A stretch of 64,000 nt of DNA, taken from NCBI GenBank assembly GCA_965230955.1, contig OZ246404.1:685426-749425 (forward strand). The letters are read 5' to 3'. The translations under genes and the position numbers were made by a program. The stretch is from an uncultured Candidatus Saccharibacteria bacterium (GTDB lineage: Bacteria > Patescibacteriota > CALEFQ01). Every line of letters starts with the position of its first letter. Positions within the stretch are counted from its first letter, which is position 1. Below are positions 38,618 to 47,628 of this stretch, piece after piece. Below the pieces are notes generated by a model. That model was not told where the DNA came from and did no database searches. It was given only the letters and a program-made list of their open reading frames with translations.

Positions 38618-39085
38618 TTATTGGGCGAAATGAGCAAAAGCTTTATTGGCATCGGCCATTTTGTGAACCATATCGCGCTTGCGGATAGCGCCACCTTCTT
38701 TGTTAGCCGCGTCCATGATTTCAGCCGACAGTTTTTCTTGCATCGAATGGCCCTTTCGGCTTTCGGCCGCGCCGATTATCCAGCGGAAAGCCAGAGCTTG
38801 GCGCCGGTGCCCGCGAACTTCGTGCGGGATCTGATAATTAGCTCCGCCGATTCGCTGGCCTTTGACTTCCAGCAACGGGCCGACATTTTGGATGGCTTTT
38901 TCAAAAATTTCCAGCGGATCCTTTTTGGCCTTTTCTTTAATAATCTCAAATGAACGATAAACAATCTTCTGGGCGATACTCTTCTTCCCCCGTTTCATTA
39001 CGACATTAACAAACTTGGCCACGATAACACTATTGAAAATCGGGTCGGGAGTGATTTTGCGTTTTTTAGCACGAGCTCTGCGCAT
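38618..39085 (-). CDS. rpsG: 30S ribosomal protein S7
   Basis: S7 family and str operon order. Confidence 0.92.
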   Translation of the reverse strand: MRRARAKKRKITPDPIFNSVIVAKFVNVVMKRGKKSIAQKIVYRSFEIIKEKAKKDPLEIFEKAIQNVGPLLEVKGQRIGGANYQIPHEVRGHRRQALAFRWIIGAAESRKGHSMQEKLSAEIMDAANKEGGAIRKRDMVHKMADANKAFAHFAQ

Positions 39086-39088
39086 AAT

Positions 39089-39160
39089 TGGTCTTTAGTC
39101 ATTAGTCTTTGGTCATTGGTTCAGTCGAAAGACGAAAGACCAAAGACGAAAGACCTAAAT
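39089..39160. repeat. Palindromic heptad-repeat element, family B
   Basis: Sequence ggtctttagtcattagtctttggtcattgg...cgaaagacgaaagaccaaagacgaaagacc. Confidence 0.7.
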
Positions 39161-39163
39161 AAA

Positions 39164-39607
39164 TTATTTAGCGGCTGCTTCTTTCTTCGCCCCACTGCCA
39201 CGTTTAGTACCATATTTTGATCGACCGCGATTACGTCCCTCAACACCGGCAGTATCCAGGCGACCGCGAACAACATGATATCTGACACCGGGTAAATCTT
39301 TGACGCGACCGCCGCGGATCACAACGATAGAATGTTCTTGTAAATTGTGTCCTTCACCCGGAATATAGGCGGTAACTTCCATCCCATTGGTCAAACGGAC
39401 ACGGCAAATCTTCCGCAAAGCCGAGTTAGGCTTCTTCGGAGTGGTGGTGGAAACTTTGATGGCCACACCACGCTTGAACGGACTACCCTTTTTCAGCTTA
39501 ACCGAGCGATTCTTGTTATGGTTAAACTGGCTCTGCAGTGCAGGAACCGTAGATTTGTACTTAGTTTTTTTGCGTCCCTTACGGACGAGCTGATTGATTG
39601 TTGGCAT
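39164..39607 (-). CDS. rpsL: 30S ribosomal protein S12, with a K-rich C-terminal tail
   Basis: Start at [12 protein letters not shown]. Confidence 0.92.
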   Translation of the reverse strand: MPTINQLVRKGRKKTKYKSTVPALQSQFNHNKNRSVKLKKGSPFKRGVAIKVSTTTPKKPNSALRKICRVRLTNGMEVTAYIPGEGHNLQEHSIVVIRGGRVKDLPGVRYHVVRGRLDTAGVEGRNRGRSKYGTKRGSGAKKEAAAK

Positions 39608-39682
39608 AAAAATACTTACCACTGTGAATAATCAGTAGACGTGGCCTAGTTTAACAAAAGAGTTTTGGGACGTCAAGGGCTA

Positions 39683-39720
39683 GATTAAGATATAAGAATT
39701 AAGATATAAGATTCAAGAAG
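39683..39720. repeat. Heptad tandem array, family D (TAAGATA)
   Basis: Sequence tagattaagatataagaattaagatataagattcaag. Confidence 0.55.
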
Positions 39721-39741
39721 AAATATGGACTTCGGACGGTT

Positions 39742-40497
39742 TTAATTGCCAGATTTAAGGAAATTAGAAACCTTTTTATAAATCCCTTTCTTCTTCATTA
39801 AAATTGAGCCGCCCATATGACCCCCGCTTTTTAATATCGTCAGCCGGCATTCGGTCAGTCGGGCAAATTTTTTAACCGGGGCGATCGAACAGGAATGGTC
39901 ATCTTGAGCATGAATGATTAAAGTTTTTTGGCCAGAAACTTTGCCGGGATCATTAATCGGACTATAAAACTTGCCGGTAAAAAGCTTGCGCCAGTGTTTT
40001 TGCCAGCCACGATAGCCAGCACCGAAAGCATCTCGTACGAAAGGAACTAATTTGGTCGGCGGTTCATCCCGACTGGGATAACGCCAATCAATCACCGGCG
40101 AAATTGCCACCACCTTCGTCACGCGCGGATCGTTGGAAACCAGCAGTGCGGCCGGTCCGCCAAAACTATTTCCGATGACAAATAACTTTTCCGGCTTAAG
40201 CTTATACTTACGGCCGCTCCTCAAGTCCGTGAAACCTCGCGGCAGCTGGTCAATAATATCCAAAATATCTTGGTGGGGAGAGACTTTTAAGAATTCTCCC
40301 CCGCTCTCCCAACTGCCACGATAGCGAGGTAAAAACACCCAATACCCTTTGGCGGAAAAAAAGCGTAACAGAGCGTCTTTTTTCGGAATACTGGGCATCC
40401 CGCTACACAAAATAATCACCTTCCGGGAAGGCTTGCGAGGAGATAAAAATTCAGACACAATGTCTTGGGCAAAACGGGTGCGAAGTATTTCGGGCAT
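39742..40497 (-). CDS. Alpha/beta-hydrolase fold protein (dienelactone hydrolase / peptidase S9-like)
   Basis: GNSFGG nucleophile elbow, with C-terminal D and H residues. Confidence 0.65.
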   Translation of the reverse strand: MPEILRTRFAQDIVSEFLSPRKPSRKVIILCSGMPSIPKKDALLRFFSAKGYWVFLPRYRGSWESGGEFLKVSPHQDILDIIDQLPRGFTDLRSGRKYKLKPEKLFVIGNSFGGPAALLVSNDPRVTKVVAISPVIDWRYPSRDEPPTKLVPFVRDAFGAGYRGWQKHWRKLFTGKFYSPINDPGKVSGQKTLIIHAQDDHSCSIAPVKKFARLTECRLTILKSGGHMGGSILMKKKGIYKKVSNFLKSGN

Positions 40498-40502
40498 AAT
40501 AA

Positions 40503-40590
40503 TTTAAGATGTAAGATATAAGAATTAAGAACAGAAGACGTTTTATCTTACATTTTATTTCTTAAATCTTATATCTTAGAATATCAAACT
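40503..40590. repeat. Palindromic heptad-repeat element, family D
   Basis: Sequence taagatgtaagatataagaattaaga ... tcttaaatcttatatcttagaat. Confidence 0.7.
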
Positions 40591-41202
40591 ATATACCCAC
40601 TGCACCACCGTGTTGAAAAAAGCGCCGAAAAAAGAGCCGGCAAAAATAACGACAAAAATAAGTAAATACGAACCCCAACGTTCAAATGCCATCACGGCAC
40701 CAAGAGCACGCGCAGGTAAGAATGCGTATATAACTTTGGATCCGTCTAAAGGCGGAATCGGAATCAGGTTAAAAACCGCCAGCACAACATTAATCACGAT
40801 CATGGCATTCAACAATTGAATCAATCCGTTTTCGAAAGGGATTGCGCTGTAAATGACAAACAACTTAAGTATTACGGCAAAAATGGCCGCCAGGACGATA
40901 TTCATAAGTGGCCCCGCCAGCGAGACAAAAGCCGGTCCCCAGCGTTGATATTTAAGATTGTAGGGATTAAACGGCACTGGACGCCCCCAGCCGAAACCAG
41001 CGAAAATTAAAAGCAGCGTCCCGACAATATCGAGATGCTTGAGCGGATTGACCGTCAGCCGCCCTAAATCTTTGGCGGTGTTATCGCCCAGCGTGTAAGC
41101 CATCCAAGCGTGAGCAAATTCGTGCAGTGAAATCGAAAGAACCATGGCCACAATCCAGGCTAAGGCGACAATTGGAGATGAGAATAGTAAATCAAAAAGC
41201 AT
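40576..41202 (-). CDS. Peptidase M50 (site-2 protease family) membrane metalloprotease
   Basis: HEFAHAWMA (HExxH) motif in a TM helix, about six TM segments. Confidence 0.75.
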   Translation of the reverse strand: MLFDLLFSSPIVALAWIVAMVLSISLHEFAHAWMAYTLGDNTAKDLGRLTVNPLKHLDIVGTLLLIFAGFGWGRPVPFNPYNLKYQRWGPAFVSLAGPLMNIVLAAIFAVILKLFVIYSAIPFENGLIQLLNAMIVINVVLAVFNLIPIPPLDGSKVIYAFLPARALGAVMAFERWGSYLLIFVVIFAGSFFGAFFNTVVQWVYSLIF

Positions 41203-41376
41203 ATAGTCTTATGTTAGCGAGTCTGGAGGATATTTCAAGGAAAATTTAAAATCTAAAAATTAAATTCAAAAGAAATTCACAACATAAAATCTAAAATATT
41301 CAAGTCTTTTTAATTTTCATTTAAAATTTCTTTTTATTTTTTTATTTTAAGCTTTGGATTTCAACCCTATCTACTC

Positions 41377-41405
41377 TTGCCAATCTTCTCTTATTCATAT
41401 ATACT
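41377..41405 (+). promoter_or_regulatory. Sigma70-like promoter TTGCCA, 17 nt, TATACT upstream of rpmB, in an A-tract-rich region
   Basis: Sequence cTTGCCAatcttctcttattcataTATACT. Confidence 0.45.
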
Positions 41406-41444
41406 CTTCTTTGTCCCTATAACTTTCACTAAATATACAAATCT

Positions 41445-41630
41445 ATGTCTCGCGTTTGCTCTATCTGCGGCAAAGGCTCAAAAGTCGTCACTAAGACCGT
41501 ATTTTTGCGTTCGCATACCAATCCCACCGGCAAGAGACGCCAATACCCCAACCTGCAAAAAACGACTTATCAGGGCAAAAAGGTTCGAGCCTGCGTTAGC
41601 TGTATCAAAAAACAGAACAAGACTAAGTAA
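41445..41630 (+). CDS. rpmB: 50S ribosomal protein L28
   Basis: MSRVCSICGKG...RSHTNPTGKRR. Confidence 0.88.
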   Translation: MSRVCSICGKGSKVVTKTVFLRSHTNPTGKRRQYPNLQKTTYQGKKVRACVSCIKKQNKTK

Positions 41631-41682
41631 AAAGTCAAAAGTAGAATTACAAAATTTTTTACTTTTGACCTTCGACTTTTAA
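41629..41682. repeat. Palindromic heptad-repeat element, family A
   Basis: Sequence aaaagtcaaaagtagaattacaaaattttttacttttgaccttcgactttt. Confidence 0.65.
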
Positions 41683-41862
<180 letters not shown>

Positions 41863-41867
41863 TTCCA

Positions 41868-41912
41868 CGCCAATTAAAAAGGTGTGGCCTTTTGGCCACA
41901 CCTTTTTAATTG
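41868..41912 (+). terminator. Intrinsic terminator
   Basis: Sequence aaaaaggtgtggccttttggccacaccttttt. Confidence 0.75.
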
Positions 41913-41918
41913 GCGAAA

Positions 41919-42581
41919 TTATTTCCCCTGCAGCAGATCCATAATCTTCGGCACCATTTCATCCGGTCCGGCCGTCGCTCGAAAAACTTTGACCAGCCCC
42001 TTTTTATTGTAATACATAATAATCGGGTCGGTCAGCTTGTGATAAAACATCAAGCGCTGTTTGACCGTTTCTTCCGTGTCGTCACTGCGTTGCATGAGCT
42101 TGCCGCCGCATTTATCACACTGGCCGTCTTGTTTCGGCATTAGAGCCGGCATCTTTATCCCCTGTTCGTCAATTTCAATGACGTTGTATATTTCTCCGCA
42201 TTTTTCACAAACGCGACGCGCCGTGATTTTTTTGATCAAAATATTTTCGGGTAAATCGACATGCAAAACAGTATCAATCGGGGTAATTTCTTCCAAAATT
42301 TTAGCCTGCTCCAGATTGCGCGGAAACCCATCCAGAATAAAACCCTTTTGAGCATCGGGTTTTTTCAATCTCTCTTTAATCATGCCCACAATCATCTCAT
42401 CAGGCACCAATTTCCCTTGGTCCATGAATACTTTGGCTTCGCGCCCCAATTCGTTCCCCTTCTTTACTTCGGCTCGCAGCAAATCACCGCTGGAAATATG
42501 CGGAATGCCGAGCTTCGGACCGATTTTTTTGGCATACGTCCCCTTGCCCACTCCCGGGGCACCGATGAAAATCAGTTTCAT
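41919..42581 (-). CDS. adk: Adenylate kinase (zinc-lid type)
   Basis: P-loop GAPGVGKGT. Zinc-lid cysteines CEKCGEIY...CDKCGGKL. Confidence 0.92.
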   Translation of the reverse strand: MKLIFIGAPGVGKGTYAKKIGPKLGIPHISSGDLLRAEVKKGNELGREAKVFMDQGKLVPDEMIVGMIKERLKKPDAQKGFILDGFPRNLEQAKILEEITPIDTVLHVDLPENILIKKITARRVCEKCGEIYNVIEIDEQGIKMPALMPKQDGQCDKCGGKLMQRSDDTEETVKQRLMFYHKLTDPIIMYYNKKGLVKVFRATAGPDEMVPKIMDLLQGK

Positions 42582-42597
42582 AGATTTTATTAGTAAA

Positions 42598-43737
42598 TTA
42601 TTTAATCAACTGAATGATATCCTGCGCCACCGCCACGGCCGCTCGGGGCCGAGCCAAACGGGCGATGTTTTCTTTGATTGACGCTTGTTTGGCTTGATCG
42701 CGGAAAAACAAATTCAATTTGTAATCTAGTAAATCCGGAATCTCGACATTAAGCGCCGCTCCCTGCTCCAAAACAAAATTACGATTAGTTTCCTCCTGGC
42801 CCATAATCGGATTGACAATCATCAGCGGCAAACCCATCGACAGAGTTTCGGCGATAGTTAGTCCGCCCGACTTGGAAATCAGCACATCCGCCAGAGCATA
42901 GTATTCTTCGATATTAGAAACCCGGTCAATCACCCTTAAATCATGCGCCGTATGGCGCAGAGCTTCGATCATAGTCGCCCTGACCTTGGGCGAGGAGGCA
43001 ATCACAAATCCTTGCAAAGATAAGTGCATCTGCTGAAGCTGTCGAGTCATTTTAGTCAGAAAAATCTTTTCGATGCCGTCAAGAATCATCAAAACGGTCG
43101 GCTGGCTCAGCTTCAGTTGGTACTTGGACCGCAACTGCGCCTGATCAAACTTTTGAGAAAATCGATCGCTGATCGGGATGCCCAAGGCCTTCACAATCTC
43201 CGGATTAACTCCCTGGGACTTAATATAGGCGCCGACTTCCTCAGTCGCCACATAATACCGCTCGACCGTCGGGTGAACCCAAAAACGGTGTCCGCTAAAA
43301 TCCGTCAAAACAGCCAAGTTTTTTGCCTGGGGAAATTTATGATGCTTCTTCCAGTACGATACCAGACTAAGCGGCAAATGATGGGTATTAATAATCGCAT
43401 CCGGCTCGAACTTCTTGATTAGGCGTTCAAGCTTCCAGGCATTCATTTCCTCCATCACTACACGAGGCTTAAATACAATTTGCTGAAATTTTCTGAAATC
43501 TTCTGTTTCCTTGTAAATATACTTCCAAGCCACCGGAGCTCGGCGAATAGCAAACCCGTACCAGTCTTTATAGATACCTTCAACTAACTTGCTTATATAT
43601 TCCAGGGAATCTACCGTTTGAATTTCCCAATTTGGACGGAGTTGCTGCAATTTTTCCTGAATAGCCAACGACGCCCGCAAATGGCCGCTGCCGATGGAAG
43701 CCTGGAGCAATAAAATTTTCTTGGTATCAGTAGGCAT
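42598..43737 (-). CDS. GT28-family glycosyltransferase (monoglycosyldiacylglycerol synthase / UgtP-like)
   Basis: N-terminus KKILLLQASIGSGHLRAS, typical of MGDG synthases. I placed the start at MPTDTKK. The track N-terminus is encoded by the family C repeat. Confidence 0.75.
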   Translation of the reverse strand: MPTDTKKILLLQASIGSGHLRASLAIQEKLQQLRPNWEIQTVDSLEYISKLVEGIYKDWYGFAIRRAPVAWKYIYKETEDFRKFQQIVFKPRVVMEEMNAWKLERLIKKFEPDAIINTHHLPLSLVSYWKKHHKFPQAKNLAVLTDFSGHRFWVHPTVERYYVATEEVGAYIKSQGVNPEIVKALGIPISDRFSQKFDQAQLRSKYQLKLSQPTVLMILDGIEKIFLTKMTRQLQQMHLSLQGFVIASSPKVRATMIEALRHTAHDLRVIDRVSNIEEYYALADVLISKSGGLTIAETLSMGLPLMIVNPIMGQEETNRNFVLEQGAALNVEIPDLLDYKLNLFFRDQAKQASIKENIARLARPRAAVAVAQDIIQLIK

Positions 43738-43740
43738 AGG

Positions 43741-43832
43741 GACAAATAACAGGTAAAAAGTAACAGGTAACAAAAGGGATTAATCATTCCAATTTGTGAC
43801 CTGTTACTTGTGACTTGTTACCTGATTCTAAC
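43741..43832. repeat. Palindromic heptad-repeat element, family C
   Basis: Sequence aacaggtaaaaagtaacaggtaacaaaagggattaatcattccaatttgtgacctgttacttgtgacttgttacc. Confidence 0.7.
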
Positions 43833-43839
43833 AAACCTT

Positions 43840-44664
43840 TTATTCCAAGTCTACAGTAATATCCCCATCTTGATCAGTCCGCCTGATGACAATCCCCGCT
43901 TGTTCCACCCGCTGAAGTGTCTCACTGGCCGGATGGCCAAAGCGATTGTCAGCGCCCACAGAAAAAATCACTTCTTGCGGCGACACGGCCTTGATCCAGG
44001 CGGCACTGGTGGAATTTTTACTGCCGTGATGACCGGCTTTCAGTATATCGGCCGCGACATTCGACCGGTGATCGAGCAGTTGTTCCTCCACATCAAAACC
44101 GGCATCACCGGATATAAGGATCGACTTTTTCGGAGAATCCACCCGAACCACCACCGAGGTATCATTAATATTTTTCGGCGTTTGACCGCGCCACTGATCT
44201 TCTTCGAGTGGAAATAAGACAGACAGACGAGCCGAGCCGATTTCAAACTGATCACCCGCGTTCGCTATTTCTTCCGTTGCTCCTTCCCGGGATAATGAAT
44301 CCAGGAAGGTCTCAAAATCCCGGCCCTTGTTCAGAGCTCCCGTCCAGACAAAAGTTTTCACGTCAAATCGATCCAGGACATCAATCAGGCCGGCAAAATG
44401 ATCGCTGTCAGCGTGAGTCAAAATAACCACTTCTATCTCTCGGTCAAAATAAGGCATGGCTTCGCCTAATTTTTCAACGATAGTACGCGACGGACCGCCA
44501 TCAACCAATATCTGGGTCGTCCCCTTTTGGATCAGAGCGGCGTCCCCTTGCCCGACGTCAAAAAAAGTCAGCGTAGCGGGTATTTGTGACTGGCAACCGG
44601 CTACTGCTACCAAGACGGCAGTAATGCCGATGGCGACTAAACTATAAAGTAAATTCTTTTTCAT
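43840..44664 (-). CDS. comEC: ComEC/Rec2 metallo-beta-lactamase domain lipoprotein. It corresponds to the C-terminal part of ComEC but is encoded separately.
   Basis: MBL motif ILTHADSDHFAG. The lipoprotein signal ends in AGC. Confidence 0.75.
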   Translation of the reverse strand: MKKNLLYSLVAIGITAVLVAVAGCQSQIPATLTFFDVGQGDAALIQKGTTQILVDGGPSRTIVEKLGEAMPYFDREIEVVILTHADSDHFAGLIDVLDRFDVKTFVWTGALNKGRDFETFLDSLSREGATEEIANAGDQFEIGSARLSVLFPLEEDQWRGQTPKNINDTSVVVRVDSPKKSILISGDAGFDVEEQLLDHRSNVAADILKAGHHGSKNSTSAAWIKAVSPQEVIFSVGADNRFGHPASETLQRVEQAGIVIRRTDQDGDITVDLE

Positions 44665-44676
44665 GAATTTCTAGTC

Positions 44677-44705
44677 TTGACAAATAGAAATAATTGGCTT
44701 AATAT
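44677..44705 (+). promoter_or_regulatory. Strong sigma70-like promoter TTGACA, 17 nt, TAATAT with no downstream ORF
   Basis: Sequence cTTGACAaatagaaataattggctTAATAT. Confidence 0.5.
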
Positions 44706-44711
44706 CCTAAA

Positions 44712-44889
44712 TTGGATCGTCAGTCAGTATTTGGCATAAACCTCATCAAGCGCCGGCAGCAATGGAGTAGTCTAGGTTGTCCACCGACATCCCAAGCATT
44801 CCAGATTCCGGCCCAAGACGGAGCAGCCATCTAAAGACTTTCTGATCCCGCCCTCGACTTCTACGGAAGTTCGAGGGCTCATTTTTTTT
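44712..44889 (+). ncRNA. Candidate small non-coding RNA of about 175 nt. It is an orphan promoter-terminator unit and its function is unknown.
   Basis: It is bounded by the promoter at 44677-44705 and the terminator at 44850-44889. It has no ORF (only ATGGAGTAG). Confidence 0.35.
44850..44889 (+). terminator. Intrinsic terminator
   Basis: A 12-bp GC-rich hairpin gccctcgacttc-tacg-gaagttcgagggc followed by tcaTTTTTTTT. Confidence 0.75.
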
Positions 44890-46333
44890 CCCGGCTCTGC
44901 TTTTTCATCATTTCCCACGCCAAAACAGAAATCACAATAACCATATAGACAGCTAAAACTAACCACCGCCCTTCACCGGCTATCTGCATTGACACCCCGG
45001 GGAGGGACGCTCCCCATTTTACCACTCTTATCCCGTACGTCAGAATCAGCCAAGCCGGATAAGACGCGATCTCCCCCAGCGGCACCGCCACCAGTCCGGC
45101 CAGAGCGACGATAAAAGACGCCGTCATCGCCATCGGAATCGAGGGAAGCAAGATGACATTGATGATTGGCGCGAGCGGAGATACCTGACCGAAATATACC
45201 AAGCTAATCGGAAAAGTCATGGCATTGGCGGACAAAGTCGCCGTCAGGGATTCCCGTAACATCAAAACTTTTGGAACTTTTATCAGATATTTTTCCAACA
45301 GCGGTCCGACATAAACCAATCCCAACACGGCCATAAAAGACAGCTGGAAGCCAATATCAAATCTCAGCACCAACGGATTTATTGCCACCATAATAACCGC
45401 CGTGGCTACCAAGACATTCCGCACGCCGGAAGTTCGACCGCTCTGTTGCGCCAATAACACCAATCCTCCCATCAGCGCCGCACGCACCACCGAGGCTTGC
45501 GCCCCCGTGATCAAAACAAAAGCCGTAATTCCGATTACCGCGATGAAAAAAGACCAGCGCCGACCGGCCCATTTGGTCGCACTGATCATCAAGGTCGCCA
45601 CAATGGTAATGTTATAACCGGAAACCGCCATGACATGCATCGTTCCGCTATCCCGAAAAGCTGATTGGGTCAATTCTCCCACGGCAGATTTTTGACCGAG
45701 CAATATTCCCAAAGCAAAACCCGCTTCCGGCTCCGGCACGGTTTTTTGAAGTGATTGGGCCAGATACTTTTTGGCAACCAAAAGTGCCGCCAGTACCGGA
45801 TTACCTCCCCGGCCGATCACTTCAATCGCCGGCTCATACATAGTTGAATAAATGCCGTACCGCGCCAAATAGTTTTGATAATCAAATTCGGCGAAATTTT
45901 CCGGAGCCTGGAGCTTCCCGCCAAACTCGATTTTCTGTCCATACTCATAAGTCGGATAACGCGGCACCAAAACCAAAACCTTGCCCGCCGCCGCTTCTCC
46001 CTCTGCCTGTTCAACCGCTACGATGAGTTTAGTCCGCGCGGCTAGTTCTTCCGGTTCGGCCGCAATCGTCCCGGTTAATTTTACCTTTTGATCGTTCCAA
46101 TTCCCGACATGATTATCCGGCAGATCTCTCGCCTGACACAGGCGAATCATTCCCAAACCAATAAACAATATTATCAAACCCATCATTAGGCACTTACTAT
46201 TTATCAGGGCCAGGAAAAACCCCGCCGATAATAGTGCCACGGGCCAATACCAATCCGGTTCCCAAAAAGATGCTATTCCCACCCCCGAGAGGAAAGCCGC
46301 TCCGGACCAGAAGAAAATTTTTCCGCGAGACAT
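44879..46333 (-). CDS. comEC: ComEC/Rec2 competence membrane channel domain (DUF4131 plus competence domain)
   Basis: Polytopic membrane protein with the ComEC core. Confidence 0.8.
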   Translation of the reverse strand: MSRGKIFFWSGAAFLSGVGIASFWEPDWYWPVALLSAGFFLALINSKCLMMGLIILFIGLGMIRLCQARDLPDNHVGNWNDQKVKLTGTIAAEPEELAARTKLIVAVEQAEGEAAAGKVLVLVPRYPTYEYGQKIEFGGKLQAPENFAEFDYQNYLARYGIYSTMYEPAIEVIGRGGNPVLAALLVAKKYLAQSLQKTVPEPEAGFALGILLGQKSAVGELTQSAFRDSGTMHVMAVSGYNITIVATLMISATKWAGRRWSFFIAVIGITAFVLITGAQASVVRAALMGGLVLLAQQSGRTSGVRNVLVATAVIMVAINPLVLRFDIGFQLSFMAVLGLVYVGPLLEKYLIKVPKVLMLRESLTATLSANAMTFPISLVYFGQVSPLAPIINVILLPSIPMAMTASFIVALAGLVAVPLGEIASYPAWLILTYGIRVVKWGASLPGVSMQIAGEGRWLVLAVYMVIVISVLAWEMMKKQSREKK

Positions 46334-46334
46334 A

Positions 46335-46394
46335 AAAGAAACCCTCAGGGAGGGTTTTTATAGTCTTTGGTCTTTAGTCTTTAGACTCTAGGCT
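46335..46394. repeat. Terminator hairpin (aaaccctcagggagggttt) plus a short family B element
   Basis: On the minus strand aaaaccctccctgagggtttctttt lies immediately upstream of the comEC ATG. Confidence 0.6.
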
Positions 46395-46652
46395 AGTTAT
46401 TTCTACAATTTTTTCTCGGCTTTTTAGCCCATGCACGATATGTACCGCTCGTTTCTTCACCTGGTACCAATCGGCCAGACTGGCAATTACCGCCTGGTTA
46501 GCCTTACCGTCAACCGCCGGTTCGGTAACGTAAACTTTTAAGGAATCAGGAGCCGACTGAGCTTCAATCCGAGCCTGCTTGGCTCGTGACACGACTTTTA
46601 TATTAATCCTGATCATCTGAAGAAATTTAGCATATTTACCACTGATTGGCAA
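46374..46652 (-). CDS. DUF167 / YggU-family protein (UPF0235)
   Basis: About 90 aa, with the YggU pattern. Confidence 0.6.
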   Translation of the reverse strand: MPISGKYAKFLQMIRINIKVVSRAKQARIEAQSAPDSLKVYVTEPAVDGKANQAVIASLADWYQVKKRAVHIVHGLKSREKIVEITSLESKD

Positions 46653-47351
46653 TCAACGCACCTGACATTTCTCCACATAACGCCTCGCCACCTCCGCCAG
46701 CGCTCGCATCTCCTCCGGCGCAAAACTACGCTCCTGCATAAACGCCTCGTCCAAGGTATTCCGCGGGACAAAATTTTGGAGATAATACAGCTGCGCGCCT
46801 TTGATAAAACGAGCCATTTTTTCAACTTCGGCTTCCGGATGGAAGCGCGGCAAGATGGTCGAACGAAATTCATAGCCGATCTTGCCTTCCATCACGATCT
46901 GCACACTCTCTTTGATCTTGGCCATGTCAACATTGACCCCGCTCACTTCGGCATATTTTTCGGGCGAAGCTTTGATATCAAAGGCCACGTAGTCAATGAG
47001 TTTCTGGGTATATAAATCTTTGAGCAATCGAGGATTGGTCCCGTTGGTATCGAGTTTTACCGCCAAACCCAATTTTTTAATGGCGGCGATGAAGGAAACA
47101 ATGTCGTTATAAATCAAAGGTTCTCCCCCGGTCACGCAGACACCTTCCAGGTATTTGCGCCGCTGTTTCAAATAACCCAAAACTTCCTCCGGCGATATTT
47201 TTTGGAGCCACTGTTCATTTAATACCAGATTACGATTGTGGCAAAACGGACAGCGGAAATTACAGCCCGCCAAAAATATCGTGGAAGCGATTTTCCCGGG
47301 GTAATCGATGAAGGTGGTTTTTTGGATCCCGCTGATAATCATAATAAGCAA
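46653..47351 (-). CDS. nrdG: Anaerobic ribonucleoside-triphosphate reductase activating protein (radical SAM)
   Basis: CNFRCPFCHN. Confidence 0.88.
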   Translation of the reverse strand: MLIMIISGIQKTTFIDYPGKIASTIFLAGCNFRCPFCHNRNLVLNEQWLQKISPEEVLGYLKQRRKYLEGVCVTGGEPLIYNDIVSFIAAIKKLGLAVKLDTNGTNPRLLKDLYTQKLIDYVAFDIKASPEKYAEVSGVNVDMAKIKESVQIVMEGKIGYEFRSTILPRFHPEAEVEKMARFIKGAQLYYLQNFVPRNTLDEAFMQERSFAPEEMRALAEVARRYVEKCQVR

Positions 47352-47424
47352 GCAAAGAGAGCGTGAAAGTTTGAGACCGATTAGTATAACACGCTCTCTT
47401 TAGGGAGAGAAGCTGGTTTTAAAA

Positions 47425-47595
47425 TTAGTGGTTGCCGCAGCCGCAAATGTGGGAAGATTTGTCGCCGACGCTATAAGTCTTGCGATCAGACCATTCGCCG
47501 CCGATCCCCTTGCCCTTGTTCCAATTCTGAACCGGATTGTGATATCCGACCACTCGGCTATAAACTAAAGTTTTTTTGCCGCATTTTGATTCCAT
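47425..47595 (-). CDS. nrdD: Glycyl-radical C-terminal domain of NrdD, encoded as a separate 56-aa ORF in frame with nrdD
   Basis: Translation MESKCGKKTLVYSRVVGYHNPVQNWNKGKGIGGEWSDRKTY...CGCGNH. It contains an RVxGY glycyl-radical motif. Confidence 0.6.
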   Translation of the reverse strand: MESKCGKKTLVYSRVVGYHNPVQNWNKGKGIGGEWSDRKTYSVGDKSSHICGCGNH

Positions 47596-47628
47596 AGGAT
47601 TGTAATTTGTTTTTATATAATTAATTAT

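Noticed and set aside
44712-44889. SRP RNA (4.5S) identity for the orphan transcript
   Set aside because: Only a loose resemblance to domain IV (UCCGG...GGAGCAGCCA). There is no GNRA tetraloop, symmetric loop, or closing helix 5. I keep it as an unclassified sRNA candidate.
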